Assembly (NCBI GenBank): GCA_963810965.1
Contig: CAWEPT010000005.1
Span: 12,244-76,243, forward strand
DNA length: 64,000 bases
Direction: 5' to 3'
Source of the DNA: an uncultured delta proteobacterium
GTDB taxonomy: Bacteria; Desulfobacterota; Syntrophia; Syntrophales; UBA2192
Shown here: positions 48,737 to 59,039 of the stretch, one piece after another
Numbering within the stretch: position 1 is the first letter of the stretch
Layout of the letters: the number at the start of each line of letters is the position of its first letter
Made by a program: the position numbers and the translations under genes
The notes under the pieces: generated by a model
The model's database searches: none
The model's input: only the letters and a program-made list of their open reading frames with translations
What the model was told of the DNA's origin: nothing

Positions 48737-49564
48737 ATGGCAATCAGTGACATCTCTTTGACCGCAGGAATGCGGAGCAACCTCGTCAGCCTCCAGGGCA
48801 CCGTCGATCTTCTCAACCGCACCCAGGAAAGACTCGCCACCGGCAAGAGGGTGAACAGCCCCCTGGACAACGCGACCAACTACTTCGTCGCCAAATCCCA
48901 CATGGACCGCGCAGGCGACCTGAGCGTGCGCAAGGACGGCATGGGGGAGGCCATCCAGACGGTCAAGGCCGCCAACGCAGGCATCACCGCCATCACGGAC
49001 CTGATCGCGAGCGCCAAAGGTATCGCCCAGTCGGCCCTCTCGGCAGGGACCACAGAGGCGTCCACCCTGGCCGCGCAGTTCAATTCGATCCTGGACCAGA
49101 TTGACACTGTAGCCGCCGACTCCGGCTACAAGGGGACAAACCTCCTGTCCGCCACGGCGGCGGAGCGGACCCTCACCGTGAAATTCGACGAGTCCGGTGA
49201 CAGCTCGCTCACCATCACCGGCTCCGACGCCACGACATCGACGGGCCTGAGCATCGCCGATGCGGCGAGCAACTGGGCCACCGCCGCCAACATCAACACG
49301 GCCATCACCGCGCTCGACACGGCGCTGACGAACCTGAGAACGAGCGCCAAGACCCTGTCCTCCAACCTCAACATCATCACCACGCGAGATGCCTTCACGC
49401 AGTCGATGATCAACGTTCTCTCGGAGGGCGCCACGAAGCTCACGGCAGCCGACACCAACGAGGAGGGTGCCAACATGCTCATGCTCCAGGTCCGACAGTC
49501 CCTGGGCACGACGGCACTGAGCCTCTCCGCCCAGGCGGCGCAGTCTGTCCTGAGGTTGTTTTAG
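48737..49564 (+). CDS. fliC: flagellin (short, ~275 aa type)
   Basis: N-terminus LQGTVDLLNRTQERLATGKRVNSPLDNATNYF. C-terminus EEGANMLMLQVRQSLGTTALSLSAQAAQSVLRLF. Confidence 0.9.
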   Translation: MAISDISLTAGMRSNLVSLQGTVDLLNRTQERLATGKRVNSPLDNATNYFVAKSHMDRAGDLSVRKDGMGEAIQTVKAANAGITAITDLIASAKGIAQSALSAGTTEASTLAAQFNSILDQIDTVAADSGYKGTNLLSATAAERTLTVKFDESGDSSLTITGSDATTSTGLSIADAASNWATAANINTAITALDTALTNLRTSAKTLSSNLNIITTRDAFTQSMINVLSEGATKLTAADTNEEGANMLMLQVRQSLGTTALSLSAQAAQSVLRLF

Positions 49565-49642
49565 TAACGGGGACCTGAACGGGAGTGCCTATATCCCGTC
49601 GGATTCGGCCCCCATGCAAGACCAGACTCTCGCATAGGCCGT

Positions 49643-49675
49643 GCATGAGGAGGGGCGTTGAGCCCCTCCCCATGC
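49643..49675 (+). terminator. strong hairpin after flagellin (no U-tract)
   Basis: GCATGaGGAGGGGC-gttga-GCCCCTCCcCATGC. Confidence 0.5.
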
Positions 49676-49697
49676 CTGCCTGGCAGGAGGGCAAGTT

Positions 49698-50576
49698 ATG
49701 GAAGGAATCAGAACAGCAATGGATCGGGCGCTGATCGCCGTCGAGCAGGCCAAGAGCCTCGATGGACACCGCGACGAAGCGGATCAGCACGGGCAAGAAA
49801 ATCAACGCCCCCGCCGACGACCCGGCCCGGTGGGCGGCTTCCCAGCAGGGACGCTCGATCGACGGGCATCTCCAGGCCGTCAACTCCGGCCTCGAGTCCG
49901 TCGCGATCAGCATCCGCGGCGCCGACAAAGCCATGGAGGCCATCGAAGAGCACATCGATCAGATGATCGAAACCGTAAAGTTCTTCCCGCCGTACCCCGA
50001 GGGGGACAATTCGGAAGAGCGGATCCGGATGCTCCGGAGCTTCAACGGGATCCGGCAGCTGATCGACCAGCTGACCATCCCGCCGAAGGACGACCTGGGG
50101 CAGGCGATCATGTCCGACCCCGCCACGAACCCGGAGGTGCCGGATTCGTGGCCGGTCATCGTCAATGAGCAGGGGGACGTCAAGACGATCGGGCGCCAGG
50201 AGGTCCACACGGGTCCCACGGGGCTCAACATCCCCGAGCATCACCGAGGCGGACATCACCGAGAACGGTCAGACCGGCGGCCCTCTGAGCCAGCAGAAGC
50301 TCGACGATATCGCGGCCAATCTCGAAAACGCCAAGGCCATCCTGAGGCAGCGCAGGGACGCCCTCGGCAGCGACGCGGCAGCCATCGGCCGGGCGAAGTC
50401 GTCCAATGAAAAGGCCGCCGCTTTTTACACAGTCCTACGCAGAGAACCTCGAGGCAGCCGACGTCAACGAGACGGCCGCGCAGGTGAAAAGCATCGAACT
50501 CAAACAATCCCTGGCCCTGGAGTCGCTGGGAAGCATCACCTCCCTGCGCTCGGAGCTGGTCGCGCTGCTGAAGTGA
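49698..50576 (+). pseudogene. divergent flagellin-family paralogue, 3 frame breaks
   Basis: Fragments 49698.., 49762.., 50165.., with the tail to TGA 50574-50576. Flagellin-N motif KRISTGKKINAPADDPARW and flagellin-C-like DVNETAAQVKSIELKQSLALESLGSITSL. Junctions at ~49761, ~50235 and ~50432. Confidence 0.65.
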
Positions 50577-50580
50577 TCCC

Positions 50581-50997
50581 ATGGCACTGAGAATCGAACT
50601 GAAGCCGCGCGAGCGGTTCATCCTGGGGGGCGCCGTTCTGCAGAACGGCGATGCGAGATCGGAATTGATCCTCGAGAACAACGTTCCGATCCTCAGGGGG
50701 AAGAATATCCTGAGCCTCGAGGAGGCCGACACCCCCTGCAAGCGCATCTATTTCCTCATTCAGCTCATGTACGTGGAAGGCGGCAATCTCGCGGGGCATC
50801 AGGACACCTACTGGGCCCTGGTCCGCGACATCGTCGAGGCGGCGCCCAGCATGCTCGGCCTCATCGACGCCATCAACGAACACCTCGTCGGCGGCCGTTA
50901 CTACGAGGCCCTCAAGCTGACCCGGAAACTCATCAACGAAGAGGAGAGGTTAATCCAACATGCAGACTCAGGTGCAGGCTTACCAGAACACCCATAA
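50581..50997 (+). CDS. flbT: flagellin synthesis repressor FlbT
   Basis: MALRIELKPRERFILGGAVLQNGDARSELILENNVPILRGKNIL...TPCKRIYFLIQLMYV closely parallels Caulobacter FlbT. Confidence 0.85.
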   Translation: MALRIELKPRERFILGGAVLQNGDARSELILENNVPILRGKNILSLEEADTPCKRIYFLIQLMYVEGGNLAGHQDTYWALVRDIVEAAPSMLGLIDAINEHLVGGRYYEALKLTRKLINEEERLIQHADSGAGLPEHP

Positions 50998-51346
50998 GAT
51001 GGTGATGTCGGATCGTGAAGTGGAGGCGGCGGTCCTCACGAAGGGGGCGCTGATGCTCCGCAACTGCCAGGAGAACTGGACGAGCGGCGGAAACAACGGC
51101 ATGCTCGACGAGGCCCTCCGGTACAACCAGCTCGTCTGGAGCATCTTCCAGGGGGAGATCACCCGGAAGGACCACCCGATGCCTGTGGAGCTGCGGCAGA
51201 AGATCCTGACGCTCAGCCGGTTCATCGACCGGCGCATCTTCGAGGTCATGGCCTATCCCCACTCCGGAAAGCTCAACGCCATCATCAATATCAACCTCAA
51301 CCTGGCCGCCGGACTGAGAGGGTCGTCCGGGGTCGAGGAGGACTGA
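50960..51346 (+). CDS. flaF: flagellar biosynthesis regulator FlaF
   Basis: QAYQNT...DEALRYNQLVWSIFQGEI...PVELRQKILTLSRFIDRRIFEVM matches the FlaF pattern. Overlaps the flbT 3' end. Confidence 0.8.
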   Translation: MQTQVQAYQNTHKMVMSDREVEAAVLTKGALMLRNCQENWTSGGNNGMLDEALRYNQLVWSIFQGEITRKDHPMPVELRQKILTLSRFIDRRIFEVMAYPHSGKLNAIININLNLAAGLRGSSGVEED

Positions 51347-51376
51347 GAAAAAGTCTGCACGATGGAGAGCAAAAAC

Positions 51377-51409
51377 AAGGGCGGCCGACGCTTCAGTCAG
51401 GCCGCCCTT
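51377..51409. terminator. bidirectional rho-independent terminator between convergent operons
   Basis: AAGGGCGGCC / GGCCGCCCTT stem, with an A-run upstream and a T-rich tract downstream. Confidence 0.7.
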
Positions 51410-51415
51410 TCCGTT

Positions 51416-54073
51416 TTATCGCCTCAAATTCATCGTTGCACCGAACAGCCGCTCCCCTGCCGGCTCCGGTCCGGCGATGGCGGGGTCGGGCCGCAGGCGG
51501 TCCGGGGCTGCCAATCCAGCAGGATCAGCAGTTGATCCGCCTGGTCTTTTTTCCCTGCCTTCCGCAGCTTCTCGATGACGGGAAGGATCTGGGAACGAGG
51601 CTCGAGTCCCGTCTCGTGAAGCCGCTGCAGGTACTCGGTGCTCCTTCCCGCGTGACCGGCCAGTGCGAAGCAAATGGCAAGAAGGCTCAGGGCAGGGGGA
51701 TAGTCCGGTTCCTTTTTTAAGAGTTTTTTCCGCCATCCTGATGGCCTTGCGGAGATCGCCTGCGAAGAATTCCGCGGCGGCGCAGTTCAGCAGGAGCTCC
51801 CTCGTTCCGTTCGCCTGACCGGCGGCCTTCCGGGCTTCCACGAGCGCCTCGTCGAAGCGATCCGCATTCAGGCAGGCATTGATGAGGTTCACGTAGGCCC
51901 GGCTCACATCCTGTGCCGGCTTGCCGTCGAGATATCTCCTCCACAGCCTGATCGCGTCGTCGTATCGGCCCAGTTCGCCTGCCTGGATCGCAAGCTCCAG
52001 GATCGCCCGGGGGGTGCCGCCCGATTCCTCGATCTTTTTCAGCCCGAGCAGATAGTAGCGCTCCCCCTTCTCGAGAACGCTCGCCCGGTCGAGCTTGCCC
52101 GTGTGATGGACCGGTACGTCGCATGCGGCGATTTTCATGCCCGCCTCGAGCATCGACGGCTCGACAAGCTCGTGCACGGCGCCGGAGAAACGGATCCGGG
52201 GGTCGTTCCGGAAAAGCCGCACCTTGCGGTTGGGGTACCAGCCCGTTCCGGCCTCTTCGTCGCGGTAGGAGCCGTCATTGGCCACCCACCCTGCGGTGTT
52301 TGCCTCGACCACGTAGTTCCGCGTGGTGAGATCATAGCCGCCGGTGCCTTCCGGGCTCTTTCGGATGAGGGCCCTGAGCCTTTCATGATCCCGGGACGAA
52401 ACGGTCTCGTCGGCGTCGATGACCAGGATCCAGTCGCCTGTCGCCTTGGACAGGGAGAAATTTCTCGCGCTGGAGAAATCCTCGTCCCAGGCGAAATCGA
52501 AGACCTTTGCCCCGAAGACGCCGCGATGTCCTTCGTGCGGTCCGTCGAGCCCGTGTCGACGACGATGATCTCGTCGACGGCGGCCTTGACGCTCGAGAGG
52601 CACCGGACGAGGTTGGGCTGCTCGTTTTTGACGATCATGCAGAGGGAAAGGGTTTCCCCTTTTGCTTTTTTCTTGATTTCCAGGGGACCGATTTTGTCTC
52701 GCACTTCCAGGGCGGCGGCGATGAACCCGTCGTCCACGTCGAAAGCTGCCATGGCGGCCTCGATCTCCTCCATCGCCGTCGGCGTGGTTTTCCTGCGAGA
52801 TGAGCAGATCGATCAGGAGGAAGGCGATGCGTGCGGCTTGACGGGTAGAGGCCCGGGCTTCGCGGAAGACGTTCTCCGCGCGGGCGAAGGCTCCGAGCGA
52901 CATCGCCGCCGCGTGATACCGGTCGGCAAGATCCACCACATGGGGCGAGAGGATGAATCCTTTTTCCAGGAGGTCGAAGGATTCGTCCCGCTCACCGGCC
53001 GTCCAGAGCAGGACGCCCAGGTTCGTCAGGGGTTCTCCCCAGGATGGATCGGCCTCGGCCGCCTTCTCGAAGTATTCTCTCGCCTGCTCTGCGGCGTTTT
53101 GCCTGAAGGCAAGGATGCCCTTGAGATTCAGCGCGGGGGCATGGACCTCGTTCATGGAAAGGGCCAGATCGGCAAGATTCCCGGCCTCCTCCAGCTCGTT
53201 CAGGCCCTCCCTGCACTGTCCTTCCAGCACCAGCCTGTCCGCGTCCCCGGATGCGACGGGGCATTGCCGGAGGGCATCGAGGGCATCCCCGTGTCGTCCT
53301 GACTGAATCAGCATTTGCGCAAGCTCGGTATAGTTGCGCTTGTCCTGGGGATCTTGCTGGATCGCGGAGAGGTACAGGTCTACCGCTCCCTTCACGTCAC
53401 CCCGCTGAGAGCTCTTCCAGGCCTGCTCCCGGGCCACGAGAGCCCGGATCTTCCGCCCCTCATGGGGCTTCTGCTCGATGTCACGCCACTTGTCATTGTA
53501 AATTTTTCGATTTCCCGTGAGGGAAGAGCCGTAGTCGATGCGGTTTCCGATGAAGCTGCGGCTCCCGAAGTGGTGGATGAAGACATCGCCTGCGATCACA
53601 TTCCGATAGCCTGCAAGGGCCGCTCTCGCGCAGAAGTCGTCGTCCTCGAAGTTCCCCGTGCCGAAGCTCTCGTCGAGCAGGCCGATCTGATCCACAAGAC
53701 TGCGCCTGAAGAGCATGCAGAAGCCAACGACCCGCCTGGTCTTCTGTGCGCCGATGACGGTTTTTCTCCCTGAAGGATCGGGCATAGCTTTCGAGGCCCT
53801 CGATGGCATCGTAGCCGACCCTGTCCACCTTCTGGACGGCCGCTGATGTTGTTTGTCATGGGTCCGACGATTCCGATATCGGGGCGTGCTTTTCAGGCAT
53901 TCCAGCATGCCCGAGAGCCACTTTTCGGTCACGACGACATCGTTGTTGAGAAGGAGGATATCGTTGCCCGTGGCGGCCTCGATGCCTTGGTTGCAGCCTT
54001 TCGCGAAGCCGAGGTTCTTGCCGTTTTCGATGAGTTTGTAGCTGGGTTCTCCTTGACGAGCTCTTTCAGCCAT
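51416..54073 (-). pseudogene. glycosyltransferase/TPR segment (GT2 C-part, TPR, GT2, TPR), several frame breaks
   Basis: GT2 motifs LLNNDVVV...EDDDFCARA, and LSLCMIVKNEQPNLVRCL..IIVVDTGSTDRT (in track ORF 52135..52773) joined to VIDADE. Garbage stretches at ~53600-53900, ~52500-52800 and ~51710 show frame hops. TPR repeats lie between the GT domains and at the end. Confidence 0.7.
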
Positions 54074-57000
54074 TTGACGGTTCCGTCCTTGGACCCGTTG
54101 TCGACGAAGATGATCTCATGGGGCTCCGGCGTGTGCCTCCGGATGCTCTCGACGCACTTCTTCGTGTACTCGAGCTCGTTGAACGTGAGGATGACGATGG
54201 ACGTGAGAGCGCGTTCCGGACGATCCGGTAAGGAGTTCGACTGATCCTTGGGCTCACGAGACTCGCGAATATCGAGCAACCGATCGTATACCCGGGCATA
54301 ATCTTCGATATTCTCTTCCATCGTCTTGAGGCGGGAATCCCGAAGGTTTGCTGCGACCCTTTCGAGCCGCGTTGGATCGTCCAGAATTTCCAGGAGCCTA
54401 GCCGCGAGGGCCTTGGCGTTTCCGGGAGGGACGAGAAATCCGGTCTCGCCGTCGACGATTCTCTCGCTGATTGCTCCGCAATCGGAAGCGATGACGGGGA
54501 TGCCCATCATCTGCGATTCGCTTGCGGTCAGGCAGAATGTCTCGTCCCATACGGACGGAATCATGACCAGGTGTGTCTTGGACAGCAGTCGCGGAAGATC
54601 GCTGCGTTCATAGAATCCGTGCTGGATGATGCCGAGTTCATTTGCTGTTTTCGTCAGTGAGGGGGGCACGCCGCCGAAAATCTCGAGTCGTATGGGCTTT
54701 CCCTTGAGAATCTTCGCCGCTTGCAGAAGAACGAAAACGCCTTTTCTGTCGCTTGCATTTCCGAGGAAACCCACCCTGAGAACGTTTCCGCGTTTCGCCT
54801 GCTGGCTCTTCTGCAGGGGTTCGATCCCGTGGGGAACGGTGACGATCCTGTCTTTTATCTCCTCTCCATGGGCCTGGATGAACCGTTCGCGCACAAAATC
54901 AGACGGGGCGACCAGGATGTCCGCCGCTTCGATGACGCGCTTGATAATTTGCTTTCGTTCGGCTAAGTAATCCCGCAGTAGCGACGGTTTGCCGGCCCCG
55001 TGATATTTGCGCTTTGTGCCGAGACAATACAGGCATTCGGCGTCTTCGCCGTCCGCAATGGTTTTCCCGCAGCGCCTCAGGTTCGGGAGGATCAAATTGT
55101 AATCGGGGCAGAGCAGGTAGTAATCGTGAAGAGAAATCAAGACCTTGAGGCCTTGATCCTTTGCGATGAGCGGCAGGAGCATGGAGCTCCAGCCGCCGAG
55201 ATGCTGGAAGTGAACGATTGAGGGACGACAGCCCCGCAGGAAGTTCGAAAAGATGGTTTCTACGTACTCGTTTGTCAAGTCTCCGTATATCTCGAGGAAG
55301 GAGTCGGTTACCACGACGGTCTCCTTGCGCAGCTTCAAGACGCGGAGATATCCGTTTACTTCCTTAGCCGCAAGATCGACCCACTGCTCGGGCAGGGATG
55401 CCGGGAACAAAACCGTGCTGTGAAACCGTGAAGACAGACCATCAATAATGTTTCGCGTGTGCAGTTCGGTGCCCCCCGGAGCATCAAAATTGTGAAGGAC
55501 GTGAAGCACGCCCGGCAAAAGAGGGTTTTCGAGCTCTTTGACTTTCCTGAAAATCCGTTCCTGGATCTCCCTTAAAGGATTGATGCAACAGAACCTGTAT
55601 ATTTCTTCCTTGTAGTTCGGCCATTTCTGTTCGAGCAGGCGCTCATTCAATTTGCGTTTTTCGCTGATCCGCGTGATGCTGCCGAAGGAAGCCTCCCCGT
55701 AGTGGTGAACATAGGCGTCGTCACAGCAGACGATCTTTTTCCCGGCATCCCGGGCGCGCATGCAGAAATCATTCTCCTCCCCGTAACCGAGGCCGAATGC
55801 GGGATCAAATGCGCCGGCGTTGTGCAGCGTGTCCCTCGAGATCAACATGCAGAATCCTACGCCGGTCGGGATCTCCGGGTAGGTTCTGCGCGACACCTCT
55901 GCGATCAGGGAACCGAAGCGATTCGTGTCTATCCCCTCCGGGAGAGTATTTGACTGGTTCATGACAGGGACGGAAAGAATCGTCGCATTGTTCGAAAGGG
56001 GGCACACGATGCCGATGTCCGGATGGCTGTTGAGGCAGCGGTGCATTCTGTCGAGCCAACCCTTTGTAACCTCCGTGTCGGAATTGAGAATGACGACGTC
56101 ATTTTCAGACAGTTCGAAACCGCGATTGACGTTGTGGACGAATCCTTTGTTTACGGAGGATTCGATCAGGCGGACCCTTGGATCTGCTTTCTCGAATGAT
56201 TTGAGTAGCGGCAGAACGCGGGAATCCGTGCTGCTGTCATCAAGCAGGTAGATGGCATGGTTGCCCTGCGTGTGGCGGAGAACACTGTCGATGCACCGCT
56301 GGAGATGCTCGAAAGCATTGAAGATCGGGATCAGAATGTCGCAGGACCTGTCAGGCGGGGCGACGTAATCCCCCGAAGCGTTGTTGGTCTTCGAACGCAT
56401 CGCGATCGATTTTATCCGGGAGGAAAGGAACGCGTCCACGCGATCCCTGATCTCTCGATCCGATCCCCCGGTCGGACTGCTGTTCCCTGATCGAGACGCA
56501 TCAGCACGGGAAACGTGCCGGGTTGTGTCGAACGTGCCGGACCCTTCATCTGTCAAGGGCCGAGGGGTGCACGTTGGAATCGATGCATCTTCTGCGGCTG
56601 CTTCAGGATTGGAAGGCGATGATTGTTCCTCTGCCATGCGCTGCAGAACCGAGAGGTTCTCTTCGGCTTGGGCATGACCTGGTGCGATGGACAGCACCCT
56701 GCCGTAGAAGAATCGCGCGTGGTCGAACTGTTTTTGCGTGGAGCAGATGTTTCCGATCCGAAGAAGCGTATCAACGTCATCCGGCTCGAGAGTGAGAGCC
56801 TTGTTGTAGTGGTTGAGCGCACGTTCGATGTCTCCTGTCTCCGCAAGGTACGCGTCGGCGAGGTCTCTGACGAAACGCAATACATCGGGCTGGAGTTGAA
56901 CGGCCCTATCAAGATGGAACAAGGCCTTTTCGATTTCTTTTTCCAGGCAATAAAGGTTCCCCAAATCGTTGTGAGCCCGGGCCTCTTCTGGATGGAGATC

Positions 57001-57174
57001 GAAGCAGGGTCTCGAGATTCTCGATTGCCCTGTCTGTCCGGCCGCGTCGCGCCAGAGACCTGGCCACTCGAACCAAGGCCTCGGGGTCGCGTTTATCCGA
57101 CACCTTTCCCTGCTCCTCCAAAGCGTCGAACATCTTTGCGGCGAGTTCATTCGCAGAATCGATTTCGAGGACAC
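53929..57174 (-). CDS. TPR - GT2 - GT4 - GT2(N-part) multidomain glycosyltransferase segment
   Basis: GT2 CDILIPIFNAFEHLQRCIDSVL..LLDDSSTD..ILNSDTEV. GT4 FLGNASDRKGV..IPSVWDETFCLTASESQMMGIPVIASDCGAISERIVDGETGFLV. Second GT2 start TSIVILTFNELEYTKKCVESI..FVDNGSKDGT. Both ends continue into the neighbouring track ORFs after a frame shift. Confidence 0.8.
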   Translation of the reverse strand: MSSKSILRMNSPQRCSTLWRSRERCRINATPRPWFEWPGLWRDAAGQTGQSRISRPCFDLHPEEARAHNDLGNLYCLEKEIEKALFHLDRAVQLQPDVLRFVRDLADAYLAETGDIERALNHYNKALTLEPDDVDTLLRIGNICSTQKQFDHARFFYGRVLSIAPGHAQAEENLSVLQRMAEEQSSPSNPEAAAEDASIPTCTPRPLTDEGSGTFDTTRHVSRADASRSGNSSPTGGSDREIRDRVDAFLSSRIKSIAMRSKTNNASGDYVAPPDRSCDILIPIFNAFEHLQRCIDSVLRHTQGNHAIYLLDDSSTDSRVLPLLKSFEKADPRVRLIESSVNKGFVHNVNRGFELSENDVVILNSDTEVTKGWLDRMHRCLNSHPDIGIVCPLSNNATILSVPVMNQSNTLPEGIDTNRFGSLIAEVSRRTYPEIPTGVGFCMLISRDTLHNAGAFDPAFGLGYGEENDFCMRARDAGKKIVCCDDAYVHHYGEASFGSITRISEKRKLNERLLEQKWPNYKEEIYRFCCINPLREIQERIFRKVKELENPLLPGVLHVLHNFDAPGGTELHTRNIIDGLSSRFHSTVLFPASLPEQWVDLAAKEVNGYLRVLKLRKETVVVTDSFLEIYGDLTNEYVETIFSNFLRGCRPSIVHFQHLGGWSSMLLPLIAKDQGLKVLISLHDYYLLCPDYNLILPNLRRCGKTIADGEDAECLYCLGTKRKYHGAGKPSLLRDYLAERKQIIKRVIEAADILVAPSDFVRERFIQAHGEEIKDRIVTVPHGIEPLQKSQQAKRGNVLRVGFLGNASDRKGVFVLLQAAKILKGKPIRLEIFGGVPPSLTKTANELGIIQHGFYERSDLPRLLSKTHLVMIPSVWDETFCLTASESQMMGIPVIASDCGAISERIVDGETGFLVPPGNAKALAARLLEILDDPTRLERVAANLRDSRLKTMEENIEDYARVYDRLLDIRESREPKDQSNSLPDRPERALTSIVILTFNELEYTKKCVESIRRHTPEPHEIIFVDNGSKDGTVKWLKELVKENPATNSSKTARTSASRKAATKASRPPRATISSFSTTMSS

Positions 57175-58279
57175 TCAGGTAACACTCGTGTGCCTTGGTG
57201 AAGTCTCCGGATTCTACCCGAATATTTCCTAAGGTCAGGAGGGTCTCCGTGTCCTGGGGATTGATCGACAGGGCCCGTTCATAATGTCGCACTGCCTCTT
57301 CGGGCCGTTTCATTGCCACGTAGCAGAAATCGGCCAGGTTTTTCCGGAACGTTGCATTTTCGGGATCGAGGGAAACGGACTTTTCGCAGGCGGCCAAGGC
57401 TTTCTCGGCGTTTCCCTGCTTGCCGTAGAGGACCCCGAGGTCATTGTATGCGGGGGCATAGTCCGGGAAAGACTCCACCAGCCGTTCGAGAGCGAAAGCG
57501 GCCTCTGCACGCTTTCCCTCGGTGACGAACAGTTTGATGATGCTCTCATGGGGCTCGACTGCTGGATGACTCTCGTGTGCGGATCGTGATTCCTGTGCCT
57601 CTGTGCAAATCTTGCCAGCGTCGTGATATTCTTTGCCCCGTTCAGCAACAATGGCATATGCCTCTTTCATTTTCTGCTGTTGTCCGGATGTCATCGTTGA
57701 GCCATCCTGACGCCAGGATACTGAACATGTCACAAGGGGAATATGCGCAAACTGGAAAATGCGGGACATTCGCATCCAAAGATCCCAATCTTCCAGTGAT
57801 TGAAGCGTCTCGTCAAAAAGACCCACGTTATCCAGACAGCTTCTTCTGTGCATGACGCACAGGACAGGAATAAAGTTTTCTCTCAAAATTCGCTCGTAAT
57901 CGAATTCAAACGAATAGGGCACTTCCTTCTTTATCGTGACGTATTTTCCATTTCGCATTTCCTGATATGTGCGATGAGCGTCGGTATAGGCAACTTGGTA
58001 TTCGGTCGATTCCAGGAAATTGACAAGGGTTTCGAGATGGTCGGGATAAAAAAGGTCGTCATCATCCAGATATGCAATATATTTTCCGCGCGCCGCCTTG
58101 ATCCCCTTATTGCGCGCCGCCGGAAGTCCCCGGTTGGTGTCGTGTTGCAGGCATCTAATGTTGTCGTTAGTGAGCCCCTCGAAGAGTTGACGAACGTCTG
58201 ATCCACCGTCGTTGATAACGATGACTTCATAGTATTGATAGGTCTGGCCAAAAATGCTTTTCAGGGCATTCATGAGCAT
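56909..58279 (-). CDS. GT2 - TPR segment (continuous with 53929..57174 after a frame shift)
   Basis: MLMNALKSIFGQTYQYYEVIVINDGGSD...YLDDDDLFYPDHLE, then TPR repeats. The N-terminal IVPTYNRPD is in the adjoining frame. Confidence 0.8.
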   Translation of the reverse strand: MLMNALKSIFGQTYQYYEVIVINDGGSDVRQLFEGLTNDNIRCLQHDTNRGLPAARNKGIKAARGKYIAYLDDDDLFYPDHLETLVNFLESTEYQVAYTDAHRTYQEMRNGKYVTIKKEVPYSFEFDYERILRENFIPVLCVMHRRSCLDNVGLFDETLQSLEDWDLWMRMSRIFQFAHIPLVTCSVSWRQDGSTMTSGQQQKMKEAYAIVAERGKEYHDAGKICTEAQESRSAHESHPAVEPHESIIKLFVTEGKRAEAAFALERLVESFPDYAPAYNDLGVLYGKQGNAEKALAACEKSVSLDPENATFRKNLADFCYVAMKRPEEAVRHYERALSINPQDTETLLTLGNIRVESGDFTKAHECYLSVLEIDSANELAAKMFDALEEQGKVSDKRDPEALVRVARSLARRGRTDRAIENLETLLRSPSRRGPGSQRFGEPLLPGKRNRKGLVPS

Positions 58280-59030
58280 ATCAGGACGGTTGTAGGTCGG
58301 GACAATAAGGAGACAAGTGGATTTTCACCGGAAATCGAGTATTTTTTCTGCGCTCTTTGTGCGGCAAGGGCACGCATGGCGTAATGCCGCTGTTCCGTTC
58401 CCTTCTTGCTGGAAATTGAGCATGGGCGTGATCTCCAATAGACGAGAGGCTCTCCTATGTTTGCAAGTTTGAATTTTTCAGACATTCTGAGAAACAGGTC
58501 ATAATCATGGCTGTAGTGATATCCTCGTCATACCCGCTAAGCGCCTCCAAAGCATCTTTCCGAATCATTACGGTGCTGTGGCCAAACCAGTTCTGGTCCA
58601 ATAATCGTTCCTGGATGGCATCACTGTCCGTTAGGACGTCGACGATCCGTTGAACTTCATGTATCGTCGATTTCGTGATAGGAGCTACCGACAAGAGCCA
58701 ATCCGGATGCGTTCAAGGATTCGAGATCTGTTTCAAGACGATGGGGCAGGGAAACGTCATCGGCATCCATAATCGCGATGTAGGTGCCCCGTCGCAGCTG
58801 CAGGGCTTTGTTTCGCGACTCCGGCGGGTCCAGAATTCTCGGGGTTCGTGAAAATCTTGATTCTCGGATCGTCAGCAGGCTGAGGATCCGGCGGTTTCAT
58901 CCGTTGACGCGTCATCAACGACGAGCAGTCGAAATTCGGGTACGTCTGTTTCAGGATGCTATGAATGGCTTCTTGAGAGAGGAAGCTCCGCATTGTGCGC
59001 AGCCATGATCACGCTGACAGCCGGGGATTC
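58270..59030 (-). pseudogene. GT2 glycosyltransferase segment, multiple frame breaks
   Basis: VSVIMAAHNAE, SQEAIHSILKQTYPNF, DDPRIKIFTNPENSGPA, GTYIAIMDADD and MIRKDALEALSGYDEDI are found in three different frames. No stop separates it from the next GT2. Confidence 0.6.
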
Positions 59031-59039
59031 CGGATGAAA

